Shown: one piece after another, positions 53,626 to 64,000 of the stretch
How positions within the stretch are numbered: position 1 is the first letter of the stretch
Layout of the letters: the number at the start of each line of letters is the position of its first letter
NCBI GenBank assembly: GCA_030141605.1
Contig: JAQGDQ010000597.1
Span: forward strand, 68,292-132,291
Length of the DNA: 64,000 nt
Source of the DNA: Tubiluchus corallicola
Lineage: Eukaryota > Animalia > Priapulida
Direction of reading: 5' to 3'
The notes under the pieces: model-generated
What the model was told of the DNA's origin: nothing
What the model saw: only the letters and a program-made list of their open reading frames with translations
The model's database searches: none
Position numbers and translations under genes: made by a program

Positions 53626-54158
53626 AGGAAAGGCCAAGTCTTCTGGGAAGTTAGGTTTATTTCAATGTTTTTGCGAAAAATGCTAGAAGGATTTAGTAAT
53701 AAAACTGCAATAAACGCCTCGTGTAATTAGTAAAATCACTTTAAAATCGCGATCACTTCATGCTTGGGCGTTCCCATTTGCAATGCCCAATGACGTCACT
53801 CGTCTTGAAAAAAATAGCGTACTGCCAATATACGTCAAAATTATAATAAGTTTTTACAGAAAAAACAGATTTGAAATATTTTTGTGTGAACAAACTGCAG
53901 AAGTTTGAATTAGTTTAAGCAGCGCGCTCTAACGGAAAGCCACGATGCCTTTACGAAAAGTCACGAAGTCACCCAGTTACGTCATAATTTTTAAGTGTAT
54001 GGGGGCAACCACCACGCCTGAAAACTTCTATTCAGAGGTAGCATATTTTAGATTTAAGCTTTATAGGCAGTTCTTTGCCAATTTCTTTGTTATATTTTTC
54101 CGAGTTTAAGTGATAACAGTAAAATAAACCCAACATAATCAGTGACTTGTTCTTTCCT
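53626..54158 (-). mobile_element. Kolobok-like MITE, copy 1 (opposite orientation to copies 2 and 3)
   Basis: Imperfect TIRs AGGAAAGGCCAAGTC / GACTTGTTCTTTCCT; TTAA on the right flank; internal similarity to copies 2 and 3. Confidence 0.7.
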
Positions 54159-57100
54159 TTAACGTAATTATTGTTTGGAGGTGGGAAAATTTTGCAGCAA
54201 AAAGACTGTCTCCTAATAAACCCTGTAATTAATTATGGATGCAGTTTAATTAGTATTTAACAAACACTTTACGTGCCTGCGTTAACGCAACAGATTGCAT
54301 CTTAAAACGATGAACTCTCCAGTGATTCGTTGTAAGTTTCGTCATTGTTTACATTTCATCTTGTTCTGCTCATGCATTTGCTAATGTCATCAGTAATTTG
54401 CCAGTGATGAAGTGACGGGTTTTTGTCCTTGGCAAATACAGCTGGTATGTGCTGTTCAAACATTATGCATCATTAGACGTTGTTTGTAGCATTTCTTCCA
54501 ATAGCAAAGCACTGCTAGATAATGTATAGTATACAGCATGAAATTACTTAACGTAACGAAATGAAAGGAAAGGCTTGCAATCGACTAACATGCCATGTGG
54601 AACACCTACAAGGGGCTTACAATACACCAAGACATTTCAGTATCCTTCATCTACGAGCTTCACGCTAATTGCCGTCACTCCACCCACTTTCTCATTCGTC
54701 AAGCCTCCCACGCTTCCAAACCGGTAACGGCGCTAAAATAATCCACCCCACTGTCAAAGCCTCCTACATGCCAGTAACAAGCTGTACTGCCCAATCCTGT
54801 GAACTGCCAAATCCAGCACTTTGTCAAACTCCTGTCAAACTGCCAAATCGGTTAGTTGTTGGTTTATTGGCTGGCGGTTTGTTTGGTTGGTTAGTTGTTT
54901 GGTTTGCTGGTTGGTTGGTTACATTGATTATTACTTCGCTAATTTGTGAATTTGTAAATTCATTAATCAGGCCATTAACTAATCAGTCATTCAAGCAGAC
55001 TGAGTCAGTTACTTAGTTACTGTTAGTTAATTAATTATATATTTGGTTAGTTAGTTAATTGTGACAGACTACTTGTTTGTAGTTGTTGGTTGCATAGTTG
55101 GTTGATTGGCAAGCCATATGATTGGTAGGTTGGCTGCTTCGTTGGCTGGCACCATCAAACTATTTGACAATATTATCAGACTATTTGTTATCACCATCAG
55201 ACTATTTGACAATATTGTTAGTTAATTAACTAACTAATTAATCATTTTTGTGGCTGACTGTCTGACTGACCAACCATCCCACTCAAAGAGCGTACAAACG
55301 GACAAACAAATGAACAACTAAATGCTTGACTTCGTTGACAATACCGCTGATGATGACAGCAGTAGTTTTGTCGAAACGTCTGACATGACATTTAACTTTG
55401 CAAATTAACAATTTTAATGAAGTTGTAGTGTTTCATCTATAATTGAAATATTTTATCTAAGATTAGGAACTTGAAACAAATTAGTTTGAAAATTCACATT
55501 TTAACAAATATATGAAAATTTTGCGTTGTAGATCGTGGTAGATTGTGTCGTTTGCGTTTTATTTGTTCATATTGATCAAAATAATGAATTTGTAATTAAC
55601 TGTAATTGTATTATTAATTATGATGCGTGATCATCAAGGTTTTTATACATCGAAGACGTGCAAATGCCTATTGTAAAAGTTTCAATTTTTCTACACGTAC
55701 TTTTTGTAGGTGATAATTAATTATGTTATGTTATACTATCTAGATTTATAATATTGCTAATGTTGAGTGCGCATTTCATTCATTCATTCAAGTGTTATAG
55801 ACCACAAGATCATTCATAATTTAACACATCTATAGGTCAGTACGCTTGTCTGCATTTTTACAGAGATAGTCAGATTTACTTTAGGTGCTGTTCCGAACCA
55901 CGTCACAAAGTGCTTAGCTGTTAATGTCTTATACAAGAGTCACTACGTAGAAGTTCGCGTATCGATTGATTCATTATTTGTAGCCTGGATTCGTTTAGGG
56001 AGCCGAAGTGGCATAAAATCTGGTTATTTTTGGCAGTACAGGGCGGGTTGCGTTGAGTGAAAGTAGAAGACGCATGCCCTCCTGGCTTAGTTGCATTTTG
56101 AAACTGTGCTAGGCCACAATTTTCAGTTTTTCACTGTTACATATAAATATAAAAAAGAAAAACATTGCGGTAGCAATGTCTGTTTCTAAACTTTTACAGC
56201 TGTTAACTGATTCTGTGTAACTGTGACAATCTGGGATGCGGGAATACAGTGCAATTTGGGAAAGTTCAGAGACACAATACAAGCTGGGTCTAGATATGTA
56301 TTTTTTTTTTGGTGTTGGTCGACCCTGTCTGTAAAAGTTTATGAATGTCTTGAATCGAGTGGTTCAAGTATTCCTGGTAATGAGAGAGCAAACTGACAGT
56401 ATTTGATTTCCAGATACCTGTAATCTTCTGGGTATTACCTGCCGAACTGAGCTGAAGCTCATGTCGCTGGAAGCAAAAGAAGCCATTGAAATATTGTATC
56501 CATGTTCAAATTGCCTTGGAATAAAACTCGATACGAAAAAAACGGCATAAAATAAGATTATTTCTGCTAATTTTGATAGCATTCGATTGATTAAATTTTG
56601 CGTTGTTAAACTGCACCACTATTTTGGCAATTGTACAAAATTGTGTTTTTTATTATTCTAAACTTAATATCTCTTTCCAACTTTATGAAAACGAATCAGT
56701 GCTTTCTGAGAAAGGAACGAACTGAACTTTTGACCCATTTTTAAATTTGCATTCACAGTCCTGGGCAGTGTATGTCCCTCTTGGAACGCAGTTAATGGTG
56801 CCACAGTCATTTTACTAGCAGCCTGCATGCATCATCAATTTTATACACATTAATCAACAACACAGCAAGGCTAGGTAAACATACCACGTTTATAGTCTGA
56901 CTCAACAACATTATCGAATTGATCACATAACTGTCAGCAAATGCGTTACATGAGGAAACATCAGCAGTAATAATAACGTACGGGGTAAACGCAACGGTCA
57001 TAAACATAGTTAATAATTTCTCTTTAATAATGCGACATGGCCGTGAGTGCATGTGAGTGTATATGTGTGTGTGTAGTTTGTGTACAGTCTGTCAGTCAGT

Positions 57101-57347
57101 TGGCATACTGGATATTATTGGTTTTGACACACGCATTCATACGACATCTGTAGAAACATTACGATCGGATGACGATGTAAAGTCAATATGAATGTAGCGC
57201 TTTGGTCGCACTAAGAAGGGTTGGAATGTCTCTTTGACTCGGTCATCTAATCAGAAGCTGTCGAAATTTGCGTGACAGGAAAGATTCAGTTTTAACGCAG
57301 AGTTCTGGGCTGCCTGCTGTTATTTTGTGTTAGAGATCTGCTTTTAA

Positions 57348-57450
57348 AGGACGAGTTGCTTAGAATATTGGATTAATTTTACTATTATCACTTAAAAATA
57401 GAAAAAATATAACGGACACATTTGCCAAAAATTGTCTATAAAACATAAAG

Positions 57451-57491
<41 letters not shown>

Positions 57492-57500
57492 ATAAAGTTA

Positions 57501-57540
<40 letters not shown>

Positions 57541-57979
57541 GCTACTGTTGTCCAAGAAACACAGTCGCAGTGGTAGCAGCCATTCACTTGACTATTATGA
57601 CGTAACTGGTGGAGTTCGTGTCTTTTCGTAAGAGCATCGAAGCATTCTGTAAGCACGCGTTGCTTAAACTAATTCAAACTTCTGCAGCTTACCTAATGTT
57701 TGTGCAGGAATGTCACAAAATTAGCCACCCAACTTTTTGGAAAAACTTAGTATGCCTTTGACGCAAATTGACAGTACGCTGCTTTTCTTCTGTCGACATA
57801 CGACGTCATTGGTGGAAGAATAGGCGTTCAAAATGGGAGCACTCAAGCATGAAATGATCGCGACTTTCAAGACGTTTTACTAAACGAGGTGCTTACCACA
57901 CTATTACTACTAAATTCCTTTAACATGTTTGCGAACATTGAAATAAGCCTTAACTTCCTAAAAGACATGGCCTTTTCCT
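57348..57979 (+). mobile_element. Kolobok-like MITE, copy 2 (with internal (TA)n expansions)
   Basis: TTAA|AGG...CCT|TTAA ends; shared internal motifs ATGACGTAACTGG, GACGTCATTGG and CAAGCATGAA.TGATCG. Confidence 0.65.
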
Positions 57980-58426
57980 TTAACGAACGGTGATCAAGTT
58001 ACGTAGTTAGCACTCTACCTCACGACTCCTTCGTAACCGAATTCAATAAACTGCTCGCCCGCTAAAATGATTGACTGGAAGGTAAGATTAGCCTCTTGTT
58101 TCTTGCACCATACCAGCATTTAGTAGGAGTTCGCGCTAAAAGTTCTTTCAGCACAACAAATATTTCCCGAAAATTACTCAAGGGTCCCAGTAATTCTATT
58201 TTACATTCTGCTGCGTCTTACACAGTAGATCATTATCAAATTGTCTGACGAGGCTTAAGGTGTATGTTACCACTTTACGTTCTGTTTCATAGGTGTCAAA
58301 AGCAAGAGTGTCTTCTAGGCGTTACACAATGTTTTTAGCGCAATCTTTTTTGGGTAAGCTACGCAAAATAGTAGTATTTTTGTTTCTCTTACTTTAGTAA
58401 TTTTGCTCGTTATATGAGCTGAAAAT

Positions 58427-58973
58427 GTAGTTGTGTAAAATGTGCATATTCGGGCGGAAACAGGTAGTTGTGTAAAAGGTGCATATTCGGGCGGAAACAG
58501 GTAGTTGTGTAAAAGGTGCATATTCGGGCGGAAACAGGTAGTTGTGTAAAAGGTGCATATTCGGGCGGAAACAGGTAGTTGTGTAAAAGGTGCATATTCG
58601 GGCGGAAACAGGTAGTTGTGTAAAAGGTGCATATTCGGGCGGAAACAGGTAGTTGTGTAAAAGGTGCATATTCGGGCGGAAACAGGTAGTTGTGTAAAAG
58701 GTGCATATTCGGGCGGAAACAGGTAGTTGTGTAAAAGGTGCATATTCGGGCGGAAACAGGTAGTTGTGTAAAAGGTGCATATTCGGGCGGAAACAGGTAG
58801 TTGTGTAAAAGGTGCATATTCGGGCAGAAACATGTAGTTGTGTAAAAGGTGCATATTCGGGCAGACACATGTAGTTGTGTAAAAGGTGCATATTCGGGCA
58901 GAAACATGTAGTTGTGTAAAAGGTGCATATTCGGGCAGAAACATGTAGTTGTGTAAAAGGTGCATATTCGGGC
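58427..58973. repeat. 37-bp tandem array, about 15 copies (GTAGTTGTGTAAAAGGTGCATATTCGGGCGGAAACAG)
   Basis: Directly visible; no spacers. Confidence 0.97.
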
Positions 58974-59339
58974 ATTCGTGTGTTTTCACTATAATTATCT
59001 CATGTTTTACCTCTACCAGCGGGCCAGATTGTGACGTTTTGGGGTCCCTAGGCCTCAGACGGAGCCACCATCTAACTCGCCCGCACCTGTCTTGAAAATT
59101 TTTACTCCTGATATAATATAGTGGCATTTACGTAGCTTGCAGTAAACTTATCGCAAATCCTTTAAATGAACTAGAATAGCCTTCTTTTGTTTGTCAATGC
59201 AAATAGTCTTTAAGAAATACCACTATTTTATTATTTATTGCAAACCAAATTAGAACATACTTGAACACAACCGTAGAGAAAAAAATATATTTTTTACCAA
59301 CCTAAGCTTGATGACCCCTTACAATATATCATGTAAGGT

Positions 59340-59918
59340 ATGACCATCCCACAAATATAATTTATTTGTCTGTTAAAACTCTTAAAGTGAAAGAAATATA
59401 TGACACGTATTGTCTTCATTTCATGTATCAGTATCATAACTCACTACTTCCACCAGCTTTTCAGTCATACTTTAGTCCAGTTTCAAATCAACATGATCAT
59501 TACACAAGATATTCAGTCGAAAACTATGTACCCCCCCCTTCCAAAAACAAATATAATGAAACAGTCATCAAAATATAATGCTATTAAAATATGGTCATCA
59601 ATTCCGCGTGAAATGAAAACTCTTAATCTTTATCAATTTAAAAAAGCATCAAAGAATTACCTACTACAACGGTATAATTAACTCACAATTTTACTCATCC
59701 TAATCTTAAGTTACTAACAAAACTTATTTTGTTCTAATGTATGCTATAACTGATGAAAATGTAATGTTAATTGTCAATTGTTTCACTTATCTGGAGGAGG
59801 ACTCGAAAGCTAAATGCTCCTTCCTCCTCCTCACAGTAACTCGCATAGTTTATTTTTTTCAATGTTATATCAATTGTTTGAGTTGCTGTGGAATAAATTC
59901 ATAATTCATAATTCATAT
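59340..59918 (+). mobile_element. 3' end of a CR1/L2-group LINE
   Basis: C-terminal ORF2-like peptides (LLPPAFQSYF...HDHYTR; IKYNAIKIWSSIP...FKKASKNYLL) in two frames. A 3' GGAGGAGG...CCTCCTCC stem-loop, AATAAA and an (ATTCATA)n tail follow. Confidence 0.75.
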
Positions 59919-61139
59919 AAAAAAAAATTCATATAAATTTCCCCCTAAGCTGCAGCCTATACTAGCTTACACGATAGTCCGACCCTGTTGTACAAGTAGT
60001 TTCTTCAATGAGTAGTAAAATTCCTGGCGTTCAAAAATTGATGCATGTGAACGAGACTTAGCAGTGAAACTGTCACGTTTTTTTATTCAAAGAGGCATAG
60101 TCGACTTTGCTCTCGTCTTTGATAATTGTCGACTCTTAGTAAATAGTATTTGCCTGTTACCTCATTATCATCGTTAAATGGGTTGAGTCAGAGCAAACAA
60201 GACACTACGTGGAATGTTCGCACGTTAAGCGATTACAAAGATTTCAATTCTGAGACGCAAAAGCTGTTGCGCGACAAATTAATTGAATCATTATATAGGG
60301 GATGACTATGCACTTTATATTTTCTATACTTTTAACAAACGAAGCAAGAAGAACTAAAATCTTGGGCAATTCTTTTAGTCAAATTAGATGAAAATCTAAA
60401 AAACTACTGTATTAGTAGATTTGGTATTTTCACTACCTTGTTTATGAACCTCAAGAGCTTCAGAGACCATCAATGGCACGTTGGGAATCTTGCATTTAGA
60501 AAGTCTCTCACAACCCATGAGCGGCGAGGAAGGCTGCACCTGGTTGAAAAACAACATTGTTTGTAGTTAGAGACTAGTGTGGACCGCATGGTGCTCTGAA
60601 TTTCCACGTATTGAGATTGTTGACATTGAAGAATAATTTAAAAATAAAATTAGACTTCAAAGTGCGTAGTGACTTATGAGACACCCATCAGAGCTTTTCT
60701 AAAAATAACAAAACAATTGATAAATTATCGTGATTAACGTGTTTCTTGTAATGTCGTTTTGACTGCACTGACGTCACACCATACTTGAATGATGTATTGC
60801 AACAGAACAGCAATTCTCATAACAACAATGGAATTCTCTTGTATTTTGCAATTATTGCATTTTGACCTATCAGTTATGATGAAGTACCGGAAGCTTCTAA
60901 GCACCACGTTCCTCCCAAAATTCATGTGCCAAAAGTTATAGTTTAGAAATTATGGCCGTGTTCATTTTACTGGGTCGATAATACTCGCCCTTTCACTGAA
61001 ATTACGTGTAGTGTAAACGTAGGAAGGGCAGGCAGAGAGAGAGAGGGAAGGTAACCTTGGAGGGATGCTTTTCATGAATCATAAAACTTTTTAGAATTAG
61101 TAATTTCATATAGAGGTGACACAAAACCACTAGTAATTC

Positions 61140-61405
61140 CGTAAAGCCACAGGAAAGAAGGCACGGAAAAAAGTACAGAAAAAGTCACTATAAATTTTGG
61201 CTAGCGTTAGGGTTAAAAGTCACAGAAAAAAAGGCACTAGAAAAAGAAATAACCCTAATCCTAACCGCAATCCTAACTGTAACCCTTATGCAAAATCTGG
61301 TTAAACTTAGGGTTATGGTTAGAGTTAGGGTTTGGGTTAGGATTAGGTTTATTTGTTTGTCTAGTGCCTTTTTTCCTGTGATTTTTTTCCTGTGGCTTTT
61401 TTACC
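61140..61405. repeat. Fold-back MITE-like element with inverted telomere-like (CCCTAA/TTAGGG) degenerate repeats
   Basis: GTAAAGCCACAGGAAA...AGGCACTAGA...AACCCTAATCCTAACC mirrors GGTTAGGATTAGG...TCTAGTGCCTTTTTTCCTGTGATTTTTTTCCTGTGGCTTT. Confidence 0.65.
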
Positions 61406-62115
61406 TAAGACTTTGTATTAGTGCTCCAACAACTGCAAAATGAGAGGCAAAATGTTACATTTTCCCCAGTTTTTTTTCAAAATTGTCAATGTTATAAGCC
61501 TTTTTAGTTTTGTTGCAGACGCACGGCTTTCAAAAGTCGGCGATGCTCATATGTGGACAAAAGTTAATGTAAGAAAACTCTCGTACCCTACTGTGAATTT
61601 TGTAACGTTGTCAGATTTTTTAGCAATAAAAACTGCAATGCAATTTGTTCTAAGGTTTTAGAGCGCTGCAAATAGGTTATTGTCATAGTCAGTGATGTAA
61701 AGGATGTCTTAGTGTAGTAATGAATTCTAGTTAGGTTACCTTAACATACTTATTTGTTTTGTAATTTTCCATTTAGGGTAAGTTCATTTCTTGATTGAAG
61801 AATGTATTTTTCACAAATATGGTAAGTTCATTTCTAACCCATAATGTGGAGAACGGAGCACTATTGAAATTCTTCTCAGTTATCCGTGATGATATTGGAA
61901 GGGATGTAAAGGTTGTACGTTGGACTTTTTTGAGTCAATAAACTACTACTATGGACTACTTACTACTGTATTATTTACCTCAAAGGCTACCCAATTTTTA
62001 ATAATTATCATTACACGCACATTCTACTTATTTCCGGAAACACGTCGCACACTTCACTGGGTTTCTGTTCCAGTGTGATGTACGTGAGGCGATGAACTTA
62101 AGCCGTTTAACTAAC

Positions 62116-62476
62116 TGGGCGTCCTTAAGAGTCCCGTCTTGAGCTTTAACACCTGTTTGTCATGTTTGATTTTCACTGTGAACAAAATTGCTGTACATTG
62201 CAGAGTCCTTTAATTGATGTTCCGAACAGTTCTTTTATTGATGTTCCGAACAGTCCTTTAACTGATGTTCCGACTTGTCCTTTTATTCACGTTCCAAACA
62301 GTCCTTTAACTTACGTTCCAAACAGTCTTTTAATTGTTGTTCCGAATAGTCATTTAAATGATGTTCCAAACGGTCCTTTAATTGATTTTCCAAACAGTCC
62401 TTTAACTGATGTTCAGAACAGCCCTTTCATTGCTGTTCCGAACAGTCCTTTAATTTATGTTCTGAACAGAGGGAAT
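62116..62476 (+). repeat. Left arm of an inverted duplication (unique end + about eleven 24-bp units TTCCGAACAGTCCTTTAATTGATG)
   Basis: Reverse complement of 63637-64000; the ORF track gives the same peptide on opposite strands. Confidence 0.95.
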
Positions 62477-63025
62477 TGCACTATTCTAACACAAATAAGA
62501 ACATTTGAGAACTAGAGTGCTTTGAACATGCAGTAAACTAATCTTTACTGTGAGAGATATATCATATACAAAAGTAAGAAGGCACGTTAGATCAGCTACA
62601 CTAGATTACAGGAAGGCAAGCAGGCGGACGGACTGGCAGGCAGGCAGACAGACAGACAGACAGACTGAGAAACACACAGACAGTATTCCAAGAGTAAGAA
62701 GCCAAGAGAAAAAAACTGGAATAATTGAATTGACAAGCATCTATACTGCATTTTATAATATTGTTGTAGGTCACCGACTATCACGGCGACAGTTACTTTT
62801 GGCCCATGTTGGTAACTATTTTTTTCAGCTATGCGTAAGCAGTTCCTGGTTCCAATGACATTTCTGTTTACACCTTTGGAATAGTAATAAGCGAAGAATA
62901 AGTGAATGCAGCTATCGTCACTCTTAGCACAAGTGTCTGCTCTATATTCCACGTTGTGTGGGATTCATTTGTTTACTTTCCGTAATCTGCAACAAGTTTT
63001 CCTGAATTCGTAATGGTTCTTTTAA

Positions 63026-63564
63026 AGGAAAGAACAAGTCACTGAGAATGTTGGGAACATTTTACTGTTATCACTTAAACTTAGAAAAATATAACGCCTA
63101 TAAAGCATAAAATTAGCCTACTTCCTCTGTATAGAAATTTTCAGGGGTGGTGGTGACCACCATTCACTTGAAAATCATGACGTAACTGGGAGACTTCGTG
63201 ATTTTTCGTAAGCGCGTCTTGACTTTCCGTAAGCGCGCGCTATTATAGCTAATTCAAACGTCTGCAGCTTTCCTAAAGTTCAAGCAAAAACATTACAAAA
63301 TTAGCTATCTAGTTTTTTTGGTAAAAACTTAAATTATACAAATGATGAAGATTGGCAGTGCGCTACTTTTCTCCAAGACGAATAACGTCATTGGAAGAAG
63401 AAATGGTGTTAAAAATGGGAGCGCCCAAGCATGAAGTGATCGTGACTTTAAAGTGATTTTACCAGTTACACGAGACGCTTATTGCAGTTTTGTTGCTAAA
63501 TCCTTCCAACATTTTTCGCGAAAATTGAAGTAAGCCTAACCGCCTAGAAGACTTGGCCTTTCCT
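63026..63564 (+). mobile_element. Kolobok-like MITE, copy 3
   Basis: TTAA|AGGAAAGAACAAGTC ... GACTTGGCCTTTCCT|TTGA; homologous to copies 1 and 2. Confidence 0.7.
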
Positions 63565-63636
63565 TTGATGAACTCTTCCTGCAAGTTCTCTGCTATTTTT
63601 GCTCCCATGTTCCTTAGCCGTATTTAGAATATTCTG

Positions 63637-64000
63637 ATTCCCTCTGTTCAGAACATAAATTAAAAGGACTGTTCGGAACAGCAGCTGAAAGGAGCTGTTC
63701 TGAACATCAGTTAAAGGACTGTTTGGAAAATCAATTAAAGGACCGTTTGGAACATCATTTAAATGACTATTCGGAACAACAATTAAAAGACTGTTTGGAA
63801 CGTAAGTTAAAGGACTGTTTGGAACGTGAATAAAAGGACAAGTCGGAACATCAGTTAAAGGACTGTTCGGAACATCAATAAAAGAACTGTTCGGAACATC
63901 AATTAAAGGACTCTGCAATGTACAGCAATTTTGTTCACAGTGAAAATCAAACATGACAAACAGGTGTTAAAGCTCAAGACGGGACTCTTAAGGACGCCCA
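63637..64000 (-). repeat. Right arm of the inverted duplication (runs off the window)
   Basis: Near-identical reverse complement of 62116-62476. Confidence 0.95.

Noticed and set aside
54850-55270. Hydrophobic ORF end suggesting a membrane protein
   Set aside because: Degenerate (TTGG/TTAG)n simple repeats, also present at about 32135-32300 and 53490-53620.
58427-58973. 37-bp repeats as a CRISPR array or a repeat-protein gene
   Set aside because: Units are directly adjacent with no spacers, there are no cas genes, and the context is eukaryotic. The three overlapping ORFs arise from a stop-free unit.
62162-63954. Duplicated DVPNSP-repeat proteins
   Set aside because: Translations of the 24-bp minisatellite in the inverted arms; no gene structure supports them.

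Overview
AT-rich eukaryotic (animal, most likely invertebrate) genomic DNA with spliceosomal introns; not prokaryotic. I reconstructed by hand a complete 10-exon NitFhit fusion gene on the + strand (24310-33047, 465 aa). It has two U12-type (minor spliceosome) introns, one next to the Nit catalytic Cys codon and one inside the Fhit PGH His codon, plus an in-frame stop just inside the intron separating the two domains. Head-to-head with it on the - strand is a 7-coding-exon RPA34/POLR1G-like gene (20917-13314, 533 aa) that needs a GC-AG intron. A further unidentified - strand gene starts at 11953 and may use micro-exons. The rest is mostly mobile DNA: a young full-length BEL/Pao LTR retrotransposon (apparently identical LTRs, tRNA-iMet PBS, PHD-finger gag, one frameshift), a relic with Gmr1-like gypsy domain order, a decayed MULE/SWIM transposase, RTE- and CR1/L2-like LINE fragments, Kolobok-like and hAT-like MITEs, minisatellites, a 1-kb compound trinucleotide array beside an assembly gap, and an inverted duplication at the right end. 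No rRNA, tRNA or CRISPR array was seen, and I found no system I can claim as new. All calls come from manual reading; no database searches were run.
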